Translations under genes and position numbers: made by a program
The notes under the pieces: generated by a model
Told to the model about the DNA's origin: nothing
Databases searched by the model: none
The model's input: only the letters and a program-made list of their open reading frames with translations
Assembly (NCBI GenBank): GCA_963713975.1
Contig: OY970218.1
Location: 640,001 to 704,000 of the forward strand
DNA length: 64,000 nt
Reading direction: 5' to 3'
Source of the DNA: an uncultured Chloroflexia bacterium
GTDB lineage: Bacteria > Chloroflexota > Limnocylindria > Limnocylindrales > CSP1-4
In this document: positions 20,631 through 31,303 of the stretch, piece after piece
How positions within the stretch are numbered: the stretch's first letter is position 1
Layout: the number at the start of each line of letters is the position of its first letter

Positions 20631-21271
20631 GCCGGGCGCCGCGCCACGATGTCGTACACGTGCCAGTGCGTCGGCCCGACGAACGAGCCCCCGTCCTCCT
20701 CCGTCTCGTCAAAGGCCAGGATCTCGAGGCCATCGAGCATGCGCTCAACCTCGGCACGCGGCAGGAACGTGGTCCCGGGCTCGCCGACCCACTCGTGGCG
20801 GTCGCCGAAGATGTTGACGATCACGAACCCGCCGGGGTTCAGGTGGTCGCGGATCCGCGCCCACAAGCGCGTGAACGCCTCCGGCGGCAGGTACGAGAGC
20901 ACGTAGGCCGAGTACACGAGGTCCAGGGCCGGCAGGTCCACGTCCTCGACCGGCGCGGTGACGATGGAGACACGCTCGAGGACATCGGCCGGGATGCGCG
21001 GCTCGAGCACCTCGGCCGCCGCCGGCGCCCCGTCGATCGCCGTGACCCGCCAGCCGTCGCCGAGGAGGCCGAGCGTCTCGGTCCCGTCACCGAATCCGAT
21101 GTCCAGGGCGTGGCCCGGAGCGGTCCCGGACGCCGCCACGTGGGTCATACCGAGCACGAACAGGGGACGCGGCTCGCGCCCCATCGTGTAGCGGTAGTAG
21201 GCGGCCCAGTCGGTCTCCTCGGGGTCGTCCTGCGCCACAGGCTCGTCCGGCACGCGGGGTTCCTCGTCCAT
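20627..21271 (-). CDS. Class I SAM methyltransferase (TehB-like)
   Basis: ALDIGFGDGTET..LL..GWRVTAID, LNPGG, HWHVYDIVAR; overlaps selA start. Confidence 0.8.
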   Translation of the reverse strand: MDEEPRVPDEPVAQDDPEETDWAAYYRYTMGREPRPLFVLGMTHVAASGTAPGHALDIGFGDGTETLGLLGDGWRVTAIDGAPAAAEVLEPRIPADVLERVSIVTAPVEDVDLPALDLVYSAYVLSYLPPEAFTRLWARIRDHLNPGGFVIVNIFGDRHEWVGEPGTTFLPRAEVERMLDGLEILAFDETEEDGGSFVGPTHWHVYDIVARRPA

Positions 21272-21503
21272 CCGCCGGAGCGTACCCCGCCTGACCGTGG
21301 CGGCGCACCGGACGGGACGGCACTTGCCCAACGGGTCGTCGCCCGGGGAGACTCGGCCCCGCGACCTCCAGACGTCCCGGGGGCCGGCGACCGTCCCCGC
21401 CGCCACACCCTCGGTGCCCGGAAGTTGCATCATCCGGTTCGTGGCGCGCGGCCTCGGGGTCTGCGCATCCCCGGCGACACGAGGACGGCCCGTGGCTTCA
21501 CCG

Positions 21504-22652
21504 ATGTCAGCGTCAGGCACACAGCCCGATCGCGGGACCGCAGCCGATGTCCGGCTGCTCGACGTGCGCAAGCAGTTCGGCGAGGTGGTCGCCGTCGATG
21601 GCGTGTCCCTCGAGATCCGGGCGGGTGAGTTCTTCTCCCTGCTCGGCCCGTCGGGCTGCGGCAAGACCACCACCCTGCGGATGATCGGCGGGTTTGAGCT
21701 GCCGACGAGCGGGAAGATCCTCCTCGGCGGCCGGGACATCACCGGCGAACCGCCGGAACGCCGTCCGGTGAACATGGTGTTCCAGAGCTACGCGCTCTTC
21801 CCGCACCTGTCGGTCGCCGAGAACGTGGCTTTCGGACTGCGCCGCCGCGGCGCGGAGAAGACGGAGATCACGCGCCGCGTGGGCGCCGCGCTCGATCTCG
21901 TCCACCTGCCCGACTTCGGCGGCCGGAAACCGGACCAACTCTCCGGCGGCCAGCAGCAACGCGTCGCCCTCGCCCGGGCGCTGGTGTGCGAGCCGACGGT
22001 GCTCCTGCTCGACGAGCCTTTGGGCGCCCTGGACCTCAAGCTCCGCCGCCAGCTCCAGGTCGAGCTGAAGCGTGTCCAGCTCGAGGTGGGGATCACGTTC
22101 ATCTACGTGACCCACGACCAGGAAGAGGCCCTTGCCCTGTCCGACCGGATCGCGGTCATGGACCACGGCCGTGTGGAGCAGCTGGGAACGCCCGAGGAGC
22201 TCTACGACACGCCGCGGACCCGGTTCGTCGCCGGGTTCATCGGCACCACCAACCTGCTCGCAGGCACGATCGAGTCCACCGCGCCCGGCGCCGCCGTGGT
22301 GCGCCTGGACGGCGGGGAGCGCTGCCTGGCCGCCGAGGGCATGGCCGTCGGCACGGCCGTCGACCTGGCCATCCGACCCGAGGCCATGACCCTGGCCACG
22401 GGTGATCCATCCATGGACACCGACGGACCCGTGTCGGAGCTCCGCGGCCGCGTGCTGCAGAGCGCCTACCTGGGGACGTCGGTGAGCCACCAGGTCCGGA
22501 CCGATGGCGGTCTCGTGCTGACCGTCGTCGTGCCACGATCGATCGAGCGGCCCTCCCAGGGTGACCGGGTGCGGCTCGGCTGGGATCCCTCGGACGTGCT
22601 CGTCCTCGAGCGCGTGACCGGGGTGCAGACGCAGGAGGAGAAGCGACCGTGA
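21504..22652 (+). CDS. potA: Polyamine-type ABC transporter ATP-binding protein
   Basis: [45 protein letters not shown]; TOBE C-terminus. Confidence 0.9.
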   Translation: MSASGTQPDRGTAADVRLLDVRKQFGEVVAVDGVSLEIRAGEFFSLLGPSGCGKTTTLRMIGGFELPTSGKILLGGRDITGEPPERRPVNMVFQSYALFPHLSVAENVAFGLRRRGAEKTEITRRVGAALDLVHLPDFGGRKPDQLSGGQQQRVALARALVCEPTVLLLDEPLGALDLKLRRQLQVELKRVQLEVGITFIYVTHDQEEALALSDRIAVMDHGRVEQLGTPEELYDTPRTRFVAGFIGTTNLLAGTIESTAPGAAVVRLDGGERCLAAEGMAVGTAVDLAIRPEAMTLATGDPSMDTDGPVSELRGRVLQSAYLGTSVSHQVRTDGGLVLTVVVPRSIERPSQGDRVRLGWDPSDVLVLERVTGVQTQEEKRP

Positions 22653-23848
22653 ACGAGCTGGATCGAATCCATCGGCCGCGGCGCCCGGTGAGCCGCCGCA
22701 GGATGCTGCAGGGGATGGCGGGGATCGGTGCCGTGGCGGCGTTCGGCCCGACGCTGGCCGCCTGCGGCACGGGGGCAGCGACGCCCAACCCGACCTCGGC
22801 CCCTGCGACGGCCGCGGGGACGGCGGCGCCCACGACCGGGGCCTCGACCGAGCCCACCAGCGAGCCGACCCCGGTTCCCGAGCCGGAGGGCGAGCTCTAC
22901 ATCTACAACTGGGCGGACTACATCGGCGAAGACACGATCGCCAGGTTCCAGGATCAGACCGGGATCAAGGTCACCTACGACTTCTTCGACAGCGCCGAGA
23001 CGCAGTCCGCGAAGATCGCGACCGGGAACAGCGGCTACGACGTGACCTTCCCCACCTCCACCTACATCAAGGGGTACGTGGAGCGGAACCTCATCCAGCC
23101 CCTCGACCTGGGCCAGCTGCCGAACGCCGTCAACCTCGCCACCGAGTGGCGGAACCCGGGCTACGACCCCGGCAACCAGCACTCCATGCCCTACATGTGG
23201 TGGACCACCGGGGTCGCCTACGACACCGCCAAGATCGAGGAGCAGCTGACCTCCTGGAACGCGATGTGGGACGAGCGGTGGTCGGGCAAGATGGCCATGC
23301 TCGACGACATGCGCGAGACCTTCGCGGCGGCGCTCATCGTCCTCGGCTACAGCGCCAACACCACCAGCGACGCGGAGCTCGACGCGGCGCTGGCGCTCCT
23401 CCAGAAGCAGCAGCCGCTGCTGCGCACGTACACGACCGACGACATCGGGGTGCTCTCGTCCGGCGATGTCTGGCTGATGCATGCCTGGGGGGCGGACGTG
23501 TACCAGGTCCAGGAGGAGCGCGACACCGTCACCTACTACATCCCGGAGGAAGGTGGCATCCGCGGGTCGGACACCATGGTCCTGCTGTCCGGCGCCCAGC
23601 ATCCCGTGGCGGCCCACACGTTCATCAACTACATGCTCGATGGCGAGGTCGCTGCCGGCAACACGAACTACATCGGGTACATGGGCCCCAACGCGGCCGC
23701 CAAGGCGTACATCGACCCGGCGATCCTCGAGGACCCGACGGTCAACCCCGATGCCGCCCTGGTCGCGAAGCTCCAGGAGATCCTCGATCTCGGGGCCGAC
23801 GAGCAGAAGTACTCGGATCGTTGGACGACGCTCCGGGCGGGCGCCTGA
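22649..23848 (+). CDS. potD: PotD/PotF-family substrate-binding lipoprotein (Tat signal)
   Basis: SRRRMLQ Tat motif, LAAC lipobox, LYIYNWADYI, PYMWWTTG. Confidence 0.9.
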   Translation: MNELDRIHRPRRPVSRRRMLQGMAGIGAVAAFGPTLAACGTGAATPNPTSAPATAAGTAAPTTGASTEPTSEPTPVPEPEGELYIYNWADYIGEDTIARFQDQTGIKVTYDFFDSAETQSAKIATGNSGYDVTFPTSTYIKGYVERNLIQPLDLGQLPNAVNLATEWRNPGYDPGNQHSMPYMWWTTGVAYDTAKIEEQLTSWNAMWDERWSGKMAMLDDMRETFAAALIVLGYSANTTSDAELDAALALLQKQQPLLRTYTTDDIGVLSSGDVWLMHAWGADVYQVQEERDTVTYYIPEEGGIRGSDTMVLLSGAQHPVAAHTFINYMLDGEVAAGNTNYIGYMGPNAAAKAYIDPAILEDPTVNPDAALVAKLQEILDLGADEQKYSDRWTTLRAGA

Positions 23849-23884
23849 GCGTCGGCAACCACGAGCCACCACGTCCCGACGGCC

Positions 23885-24730
23885 GTGCACCAGAACCGGT
23901 TCCGCGACGCGGCGCTGTTCGCGCCGGGCCTGTCGTGGCTGCTCGTCTTCTTCCTCGCGCCGCTGGCCGTCATCTTCGTGGTGAGCCTGGCGACGCGGGA
24001 CCAGTACGGCGGGGTGGTGTTCGAGGGCTTCGGCCTGCAGAACTACCAGCGTGCGCTGGAGCCCAACTTCCTGCCGACCGCGCTCAACTCGCTCAAGTAC
24101 GCGTTCGCGACGACGATCCTCGCGATCGCCATCGCCTACCCGGTCGCGTACTGGATCAGCCGCTACGGCGGCCGGCACAAGGCGCTGCTGATCGTGCTCG
24201 TGATGCTGCCGTTCTGGACGAGCTTCGTCATCCGGACCTACGCCTGGATGATCATCCTGCGCGACAACGGCGTCGTGAACAGCGTCCTCGCGGCGTTCGG
24301 GCTCGGGGAGCCGGTCCAGCTGCTGAACACGGACCTGGCCGTGATCCTGGGCATGACGTATGGCTTCCTGCCGTTCGCGATCCTGCCCCTCTATGTCTCC
24401 ATCGACCGGCTCGACCCGGCCCTCGTGCATGCCGCGAGGGACCTCTACGCCAGCGGCCGCGCGGCGTTCTTCCACGTGACGCTGCCGCTGACCATGCCCG
24501 GGATCATCGCCGCGGCGATCCTGACGTTCATTCCCGCCATCGGCGACTTCGTGACGCCGGACCTCCTGGGCGGTGCCCAGACCACGACCATCGCGAAGAT
24601 CGTGCAGGTCCTGTTCATGTCCGCCCGTGACTGGCCGTTCGGCGCGGCACTCGGGTTCCTGCTGATCGTGGTCACGATCGTGGGCACGCTGGCCGGCCTC
24701 CGCTTCCTGCGCAAGGAGGTCATCGGCTGA
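23885..24730 (+). CDS. potB: ABC permease, PotB-like
   Basis: LPFWTSFVIRTYAW, LPFAILPLY, AARDLYA, RDWPFGAA. Confidence 0.9.
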   Translation: MHQNRFRDAALFAPGLSWLLVFFLAPLAVIFVVSLATRDQYGGVVFEGFGLQNYQRALEPNFLPTALNSLKYAFATTILAIAIAYPVAYWISRYGGRHKALLIVLVMLPFWTSFVIRTYAWMIILRDNGVVNSVLAAFGLGEPVQLLNTDLAVILGMTYGFLPFAILPLYVSIDRLDPALVHAARDLYASGRAAFFHVTLPLTMPGIIAAAILTFIPAIGDFVTPDLLGGAQTTTIAKIVQVLFMSARDWPFGAALGFLLIVVTIVGTLAGLRFLRKEVIG

Positions 24731-25551
24731 TGCGGTCGCGCAACCCGCTCCTCACGGGCTTCGCGTACCTCGTCTACGGGTTCCTGTTCGCCCCGATCGT
24801 GATCCTCATCCTGTTCTCGTTCAACGACTCCAAGCGCAACTTCGCGTGGCGCGGCTTCACCCTCAAGTGGTACCCGGAGCTGTTCGGCAACGACGCGCTG
24901 CTGTCGGCCCTGGGGGTGACGCTCCAGGTCGCCCTCATCTCGGTGGTCGTCACGACCATCCTCGGGACGCTGCTGGGCCTGGGCCTGGCCCGCATCCGGT
25001 CCAGCCGCGCCTCCGGCGCCTCGGACGCCCTGATCCTGCTGCCGATGGTCACGCCGGAGGTCGTCATCGGCATCAGCCTGCTGCTGTTCTTCGCCGTCCT
25101 GTTCGGCGCCAACGGGTCGATCCTCCAGATCGCGGTCGCCCACATCGCCTTCTCGATCAGCTACGTCGCGATCATCGTCCGGTCCAGGGCCGTCTCGCTC
25201 GACCCCCGGATGGAGGAGGCCGCCCGCGACCTCGGGGCGACGCCGCGCGCCGCGTTCCTGCACGTGACCCTGCCGTTGATCATGCCGGCCGTGCTGGCGG
25301 GCGCCCTGATCGCATTCGCGCTCTCGTTCGACGACCTGATCATCACCTCGTTCAACGCGGGTGTCGGCTCCTCCACCCTGCCGCTCTACATCTACTCCCG
25401 GATCCGGTTCGGCGTGACCCCGGAGATCAACGCGATCTCGACGCTCGTGGTGGTGACCACCGCGGTCGTGATCCTGGCCACGACCCTGTACACATCGCGG
25501 CGGTCACGCCGACTTGCTGCGGCCCGCGACATGGAGGCGACACCGTCATGA
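24730..25551 (+). CDS. potC: ABC permease, PotC-like
   Basis: FSFN, GFTLKWY, EEAARDLGA, FALSFDD, TPEINA. Confidence 0.9.
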   Translation: MRSRNPLLTGFAYLVYGFLFAPIVILILFSFNDSKRNFAWRGFTLKWYPELFGNDALLSALGVTLQVALISVVVTTILGTLLGLGLARIRSSRASGASDALILLPMVTPEVVIGISLLLFFAVLFGANGSILQIAVAHIAFSISYVAIIVRSRAVSLDPRMEEAARDLGATPRAAFLHVTLPLIMPAVLAGALIAFALSFDDLIITSFNAGVGSSTLPLYIYSRIRFGVTPEINAISTLVVVTTAVVILATTLYTSRRSRRLAAARDMEATPS

Positions 25552-27026
25552 CCGGCACGATCGAGAGCACCGCGGCGACGTTCAGCGTCACCCCGCCGCT
25601 GGAGCCGATCCGCACGAACCGCCGGGTGCAGTTCCTCGATGACGAGCAGCTGGACCGGATGCAGGACGCGACGCTCAAGGTGCTCGAGGCGGTCGGCGTC
25701 CGCTTCCCCAACGAGCGGTCGCTGGAGATCCTGGGCGACCACGGCTGCGACGTGGACGTGGCCACGCAGGTCGTGCGGTTCCCGCGCGAGCTCGTGCTGC
25801 GCGCCATGGCGAAGGCTCCGCGCACGTTCACCATGGCTGCCCGCAACCCGGAGTTCGACCTCCACCTCGAGGAGGGCACCTCCTACTTCACCCTCGACGG
25901 CTGCGGCGTCGCCGTCATCGACCCGGACACGGGCCTCGAGCGTCCGTCGCGCAAGGAGGACCTCGCCCGCCAGGCGCGGGTCGCCGACTACCTGCCGTCG
26001 ATCGGCTTCGTGTGGGCCACCGTCAGCGCCCAGGACCACGGCCTGACGTCACAGCTCCACGAGATCGACGCCGCCTATAACAACTCGGTCAAGCACTTCC
26101 AGGGCATGGTCATGGGCGACGAGGCCGCCCGGTTCGCGGTGGAGATGGCGTCCGTTGTGGCCGGCGGCCGCGAGGCCCTGCGCGAGCGGCCGGTGTTCTC
26201 GAACCTGATCTGCTCGATCGCGCCGCTGGCGCAGGATCATGCCGGCCTCGAATCCGCGCTGGTCATGGCCGAGGCAGGGATCCCGGTGGGGTTCCTCTCG
26301 ATGCCGACGCTGGGCACGACCGCGCCGTCGACCTCGGCCGGCGCCTTCATCGTCGGTGACGCCGAGGTCATCTCGGGCATCGTCCTGCTCCAGCTCGCCT
26401 GCCCGGGCGCGCCGGTGTTCCATTCGATCATGAAGGCGCACGCAGACCCGCGGACCGGGTCGTACGTCGGCTACTCGCTCGACAGCGGCGTCGCCCGCTA
26501 TGCGCCGGTCGAGATGGCGCACCATTGGGGCGTGCCGTCGATGGGCGCCTGCTTCGGGACCGACTCACCCTCCGCCGGCACCTGGCTCTCGGCCTCGGAC
26601 ATCGCCCTCGACCCCCTGCTGGGCGGCCTGTCCGGGTCCGAGCTGGTCACCGGGATGGGCTTGTCGCGGACCTACACGCTCATGTATCCCGAGGGCATCT
26701 TCCTCGACAACGAGCTCTACGAGCGGGCGCGCCAGTCGCTCGTCGCGCTGGACATCAGCGACGAGACGCTGGCCCTCGACGTCATCGCCGACGTTGGCCC
26801 GGGCGGCCACTACCTGGCCGAGGACCATACCCGCCGGCACATGCGGTACGCGCTCAAGCGGGGCCTCGAGCACGACCTGGTCAACGGCCGCTATCGCGAC
26901 CCGGTCGAGGTGGCCAGGGAGCGGGCGGCCTGGGTTCGGGCCAACCACCATCCGGAGCCCCTGGGCACGGCCGAGCAGGGCGAGCTCACCCGGATCCTCG
27001 TGGCCGCCGGCGCGGCGCTGGGGTAG
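25548..27026 (+). CDS. mttB: Trimethylamine methyltransferase MttB superfamily, non-pyrrolysine (copy 1)
   Basis: L...Q...M.DATL.VLE.VGV, AP.TFT..ARNP, G.TAP.T.AG...G.AE, PGAPV, VGPGGHYL...HT. Confidence 0.85.
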   Translation: MTGTIESTAATFSVTPPLEPIRTNRRVQFLDDEQLDRMQDATLKVLEAVGVRFPNERSLEILGDHGCDVDVATQVVRFPRELVLRAMAKAPRTFTMAARNPEFDLHLEEGTSYFTLDGCGVAVIDPDTGLERPSRKEDLARQARVADYLPSIGFVWATVSAQDHGLTSQLHEIDAAYNNSVKHFQGMVMGDEAARFAVEMASVVAGGREALRERPVFSNLICSIAPLAQDHAGLESALVMAEAGIPVGFLSMPTLGTTAPSTSAGAFIVGDAEVISGIVLLQLACPGAPVFHSIMKAHADPRTGSYVGYSLDSGVARYAPVEMAHHWGVPSMGACFGTDSPSAGTWLSASDIALDPLLGGLSGSELVTGMGLSRTYTLMYPEGIFLDNELYERARQSLVALDISDETLALDVIADVGPGGHYLAEDHTRRHMRYALKRGLEHDLVNGRYRDPVEVARERAAWVRANHHPEPLGTAEQGELTRILVAAGAALG

Positions 27027-27033
27027 GGGCGCG

Positions 27034-28491
27034 ATGCCTCCCGTCACGCCGCCGCTGGCGCCGATCCGCTCGGCCCGACGGCTCCGGCTGCTCGACGACG
27101 GCCAGCTGTCGGACCTGCGCACCGCAACGCTGGAGATCCTTGAGACCATCGGGGTCCACGTGCCCTCCGAGGACCTCCGGCGGCGGTACGAGGAGCACGG
27201 GGCGATGGTCGACCACGCGACAGGGATCGTGCGGCTCCCGCCCGACCTCGTCCGGGCGGCGATGGCCCGGGCACCGCGGTCCTACACCCTCGGCGGGCGC
27301 GGCTCCGACTTCGACCTGCTCCTGGACGGCTCCGCGTTCTACGTGGGCACCGACGGGTGCGGCATCCGGGTGATCGACGCCACCACGGGCACCGTTCGGT
27401 CCTCGACCGTGGCAGATGTCGCCGACATGGCCCGCGTGGCCGACGCCCTGCCGGCGCTCGGCTTCTACTGGCCGATCGTGAGCGCTTCCGATCACCCGGC
27501 CACGGCCCCGGTCCACGAGCTGCTCGCGTGCTTCTCCAACACGGTCAAGCACGTCCAGAGCGAGACGGTCGTGGACCCGCGGATGGCCCGCGCGGCCGTC
27601 GAGATGGCGCGGGTGATCGCCGGCTCGGACGTGGTCATGCGGACGCGCCCGCCGCTGTCGTCGCTGATCTGCGCAATCTCGCCGCTCGCCCAGGACGCGG
27701 AGGCGCTCGAGGCCGCGCTGGTGTTCGCGGAAGCCGGGGTGCCGGTGGGGATCATGTCCATGGCCAACTGCGGCACGACCGGCCCGGCGTCGATCGCGGG
27801 CAACCTCGCGCAGGGGGATGCCGAGATCATCGCCGCCCTCGTGCTCATCCAGCTCGTCCACCCGGGCGCGCCCGTGTTCCACTCGATGATGCCCGGCGTT
27901 ATGGATCCGCGGACCGGCGGCTACATCTCGACCTCGATGTCGGGCGAGATCGCCTATGCCGCCGGCGTCGAGATCGCCCATCACTGGGCCGTGCCGACCC
28001 TCGCGGGCGTCTTTGGCACCGATGCGCCGGAGCCCGGCTGGCAGGCGGCATCCGAGGCGGCCGTGAACCTCACCCTGTGCGGGCTCCTGGGCGCCGAGAC
28101 CGGGAGTGGGATGGGGCTGCTGGACGCGTGCACGCTCCTCTATCACGAGCAGATCGTGCTCGACGCGGACCTCCACGAACGGGTCCGGGTGAACCTCGCC
28201 GGGATCGACACCGGGCAGGAGGCGCTTGCCCTGGACGTGATCCGGGACGTCGGCCCGCGCGGCCACTTCCTGTACCAGCAGCACACGCGTACCGGGCTGC
28301 GGGGCATGCGGTTCTCGACCGTCTCGGGGCGGACAAGCCCCGACGGATCGGCGGTGGCTCCACGTCAGGTGGCCCGGGCAACGGTGGAGCGGCTGCTCCG
28401 CGAGCACCACCCGGAACCGCTCGATGACCGGCAGGCGGCCGAGCTGGAGCGGATCGTCGCCGCCACGGACCGGCAGCTGGCGGGCGCGTGA
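27034..28491 (+). CDS. mttB: MttB superfamily methyltransferase, non-pyrrolysine (copy 2)
   Basis: Same motifs: GTDGCG, ISPL, GTTGPASIAG, PGAPVFHS, VGPRGHFL...HT. Confidence 0.85.
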   Translation: MPPVTPPLAPIRSARRLRLLDDGQLSDLRTATLEILETIGVHVPSEDLRRRYEEHGAMVDHATGIVRLPPDLVRAAMARAPRSYTLGGRGSDFDLLLDGSAFYVGTDGCGIRVIDATTGTVRSSTVADVADMARVADALPALGFYWPIVSASDHPATAPVHELLACFSNTVKHVQSETVVDPRMARAAVEMARVIAGSDVVMRTRPPLSSLICAISPLAQDAEALEAALVFAEAGVPVGIMSMANCGTTGPASIAGNLAQGDAEIIAALVLIQLVHPGAPVFHSMMPGVMDPRTGGYISTSMSGEIAYAAGVEIAHHWAVPTLAGVFGTDAPEPGWQAASEAAVNLTLCGLLGAETGSGMGLLDACTLLYHEQIVLDADLHERVRVNLAGIDTGQEALALDVIRDVGPRGHFLYQQHTRTGLRGMRFSTVSGRTSPDGSAVAPRQVARATVERLLREHHPEPLDDRQAAELERIVAATDRQLAGA

Positions 28492-29696
28492 CCCCGGACG
28501 TGGCCGATGTCGTGGTGGTCGGCGGCGGCATCGCCGGCACGTCGGCAGCGGCGTTCCTGGCCGCGGCGGGAGCGAGCGTCGTCCTCGTCGAGCGTGACGG
28601 GCTCGCGTCCGGTGCGTCCGGGGCGAACTCGGGCGTCGTCCAGCACCCGTTCGATCCCGTTCTGGTGGCGCTGTACCGGGAGACGGTCACCCTCTACCGG
28701 GACCTGGCGGCCGAGTCCCGTGAGTTCCGCTTCGGCGGTCGTCCGGCCGGACTCCTGTACATCTCTGCTTCGGAGACTGCCGTCCGTGGCCAGGCGGCGG
28801 CGATCGAGGCGGCCTTCCCGGAGCTCGGGGCGGTGGTGCTGGCCGGAGAGGAGCTGAGGGCGGCGGAGCCGCTCACGGCCCCGGGCCTCTGGGCCTGCCG
28901 CGTCGACATCGGCTACCCGGTCGTGCCCAGCGCCTCAACCTATGCCTACGCCACCCTCGCCGAGCGACATGGCGCGGTCGTGCGGACGGGACGGGCCGCC
29001 ATGCTCGAGGTCGTCGGCGACGCGGTGACCGGTGTCCGGGTCGATGGCAGGCGGATCACGGCCGGTGCCGTGATCGCGGCCGCGGGCCCGTGGACCCCGT
29101 CGCTCCTCGATCCGACCGGGGGATGGACGCCGATCCGGCCACGCTGGGGCGTGGTGGTGGAGGTCAAGCTGCCGGTCCCCACCCGGCACGTGCTGGAGGA
29201 GGCGGGGATCGAGGCCGTGCTTGACGCCGCCACCGCGACGGGCGGCGCAGCATCGGCGGGTAGTGCGGACGCGATGCCGCCGGTCGTCGAGGAGCCGTCG
29301 CCCGACACCGTGGAGTTCAGCATCGTGCCCACGCCCGGGGCGTCGTCGGTCGGGTCCACGTTCCTCGCGCGAGAGCCGGACCCGGCCGCCTGGATCGAGC
29401 CGGTCCTCGTCCGAGCCGCGACGTTCATCCCGGCGATCTCGGACGCGCCGATCCGCGGCGTGCGCGCCTGCGCTCGGCCCGAGTGCGACGACGGCCGGCC
29501 GCTGGTGGGCGCCGTGCCGGGCCGGCGGAACCTGTACGTGTGTGCGGGCCATGGCCCGTGGGGGATCTCGACCGGGCCCGCATCGGCGCGCATGGTCGCG
29601 GACCTCGTTCTCGGACGGCCCGCCGGGATCCCCCCTGCGCTGGATCCGGCGCGTCTCGGCGGCCCCGGCCAGGCGCCGGCGGTGCCAAGGCCGTAG
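28488..29696 (+). CDS. FAD-dependent oxidoreductase, DAO/glycine-oxidase family
   Basis: VVVGGGIAG, ASGASGANSG, AAGPWT, RP...DGRPLVG, AGHGPWGI. Confidence 0.9.
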   Translation: MTPDVADVVVVGGGIAGTSAAAFLAAAGASVVLVERDGLASGASGANSGVVQHPFDPVLVALYRETVTLYRDLAAESREFRFGGRPAGLLYISASETAVRGQAAAIEAAFPELGAVVLAGEELRAAEPLTAPGLWACRVDIGYPVVPSASTYAYATLAERHGAVVRTGRAAMLEVVGDAVTGVRVDGRRITAGAVIAAAGPWTPSLLDPTGGWTPIRPRWGVVVEVKLPVPTRHVLEEAGIEAVLDAATATGGAASAGSADAMPPVVEEPSPDTVEFSIVPTPGASSVGSTFLAREPDPAAWIEPVLVRAATFIPAISDAPIRGVRACARPECDDGRPLVGAVPGRRNLYVCAGHGPWGISTGPASARMVADLVLGRPAGIPPALDPARLGGPGQAPAVPRP

Positions 29697-29707
29697 CATC
29701 GGCCTTC

Positions 29708-30115
29708 ATGCCTGTGCTCAACCAGCAGTCGCGAACCACCCTTGCCGCGATCCGCGGGGTCCACTCGGCCGTGTTCCTGGTGGAGCTCGCATCGATCCTG
29801 TGGCTGGTCGCCAGCGGCCTCATCGGGCGTCGCGACCGGAGCGTCGCGGTCGCCGCAGCGCTCGTCGCGGCCGAGGCGGCCGTGTTCGTCACCAACGACG
29901 GGGTGTGTCCGCTGACCCCGCTCGCGGAGCGCCATGGGGCACGGCGCGGCAGCGTGTCGGACATCTTCCTGCCCGACGCCATCGCGCGGACCATCCCGAT
30001 CTGGTCGAGCGCCCTCGTGACGCTGGGCGTCCTGCTCCACGTGCGGGGCTGGTGGCGGGAGCGCATGGGAGTCGAACCCACCGCGCGACGCCGGGCGCCG
30101 CGCCAACGGTGTTGA
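29708..30115 (+). CDS. Small membrane protein (CPLT motif)
   Basis: Three TMs; NDGVCPLTPLAER.G....SVSDIFLP. Confidence 0.7.
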   Translation: MPVLNQQSRTTLAAIRGVHSAVFLVELASILWLVASGLIGRRDRSVAVAAALVAAEAAVFVTNDGVCPLTPLAERHGARRGSVSDIFLPDAIARTIPIWSSALVTLGVLLHVRGWWRERMGVEPTARRRAPRQRC

Positions 30116-30211
30116 AGACCGCGCAGGCCACCGGGCCCACTCCGCTCCCGCGGATCCGCCAGCCCACGAACGGGCCGGCCCGGGCAGGGTAGCGCGTCTA
30201 TCATCGCGATC

Positions 30212-31276
30212 ATGAGCCAGCGTCCCGAGAGCGCCCCGATCCGCCTCACCGAGATGACCGAATGTGGCGGCTGTGCCGCGAAGCTCGGCGCGGACCTGCT
30301 GGCGGAGGCGCTCGCGGGGCTCGGAGCCGGCCCGTCCATGACCGATCCGGATCTCATCGCCGGTCTGGACCCGCCCGACGACGCGGCCGCGTACCGGCTC
30401 TCGGATGACCTGGCGGTCGTGGCCACGCTCGACTTCTTTCCGCCGCTCGTCGATGATCCAGCCACTTACGGCGAGATCGCGGCCGCCAATGCCCTCTCGG
30501 ACGTGTTCGCCATGGGCGGGCGGGTGCTGTTCGCGCTGTCGATCGCGGCCTTCCCGGAGGACTTTCCGAAACAGGCACTGGCCGCGATCCTCGAGGCCGC
30601 AGCGTCGAAGGTCCACGAGGCGGGTGGCGTGCTGGCGGGGGGCCACACGATCCGGGACCCGGAACCCAAGTACGGCCTGGCGGTCATCGGCGCCGCCCAC
30701 CCGGACCGCCTGTTCCGCAAGGGCGGCGCCAGGCCCGGCGACGCGCTCATCCTGACCAAGCGGCTGGGGACGGGCCTCCTGGTCAGCGGCCGGCGGTCCG
30801 GACAGACCTCGGACGCGGATCTCGAGGCCGCGATCATGCAGATGCGGACCCTCAATCGCGCCGCGTCGGAAGTCCTGGCGCGGCACGCGATCCGCGGCGC
30901 GACCGACGTGACGGGGTTCGGGCTGCTGGGACACGGCCTCGAGATGGCACGGGCGTCCGAGGCCCGGCTCGTGTTCGAGGCGGGCGCCCTGCCGACCCTC
31001 GATGGGGCGCTGCACCTGGCCCGTGCGGGCGCGGAGACCGACGGGGCTGGGCACAACCGGCGCTTCACAGGTTCGTCACTGACCGTCGGGGAGGGCGTGG
31101 GGCCGGAGGTCGTTGCCCTGGCCCACGATCCGCAGACCTCCGGCGGCCTCCTGGCCGCGGTCCCGCCGAAGGACCTGGTGCGGGTGATGGACGACCTCGC
31201 CGCGGCCGGCGTGACCGCGTGGCGCATCGGCGAGGTGGAGGCCGGCGCACCGGCGGTAGAGCTGCGGTCGAGCTGA
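30212..31276 (+). CDS. selD: Selenide, water dikinase (Cys form)
   Basis: RLTEMTECGGCAAK, DDAAAY, TLDFF.P.VDDP, AANALSDVFAMGG, GGHT, TDVTGFGLLGH, DPQTSGGLL. Confidence 0.97.
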   Translation: MSQRPESAPIRLTEMTECGGCAAKLGADLLAEALAGLGAGPSMTDPDLIAGLDPPDDAAAYRLSDDLAVVATLDFFPPLVDDPATYGEIAAANALSDVFAMGGRVLFALSIAAFPEDFPKQALAAILEAAASKVHEAGGVLAGGHTIRDPEPKYGLAVIGAAHPDRLFRKGGARPGDALILTKRLGTGLLVSGRRSGQTSDADLEAAIMQMRTLNRAASEVLARHAIRGATDVTGFGLLGHGLEMARASEARLVFEAGALPTLDGALHLARAGAETDGAGHNRRFTGSSLTVGEGVGPEVVALAHDPQTSGGLLAAVPPKDLVRVMDDLAAAGVTAWRIGEVEAGAPAVELRSS

Positions 31277-31303
31277 TCCGCCACCGGAACGAACCCGGCC
31301 TGG

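Noticed and set aside
23846-23887. The potD TGA stop is in frame with potB, suggesting possible Sec readthrough or fusion
   Set aside because: No SECIS-like hairpin or redox motif, both proteins are complete, and frame coincidence has a 1-in-3 chance.
27024-27036. TAG at the end of mttB copy 1 as a possible pyrrolysine codon
   Set aside because: It is at the natural C-terminus, the next gene is in another frame, and no pyl genes are present.
30260-30283. SelD as a selenoprotein
   Set aside because: Both motif codons are TGT (CGGCAAK), so this is the Cys form.
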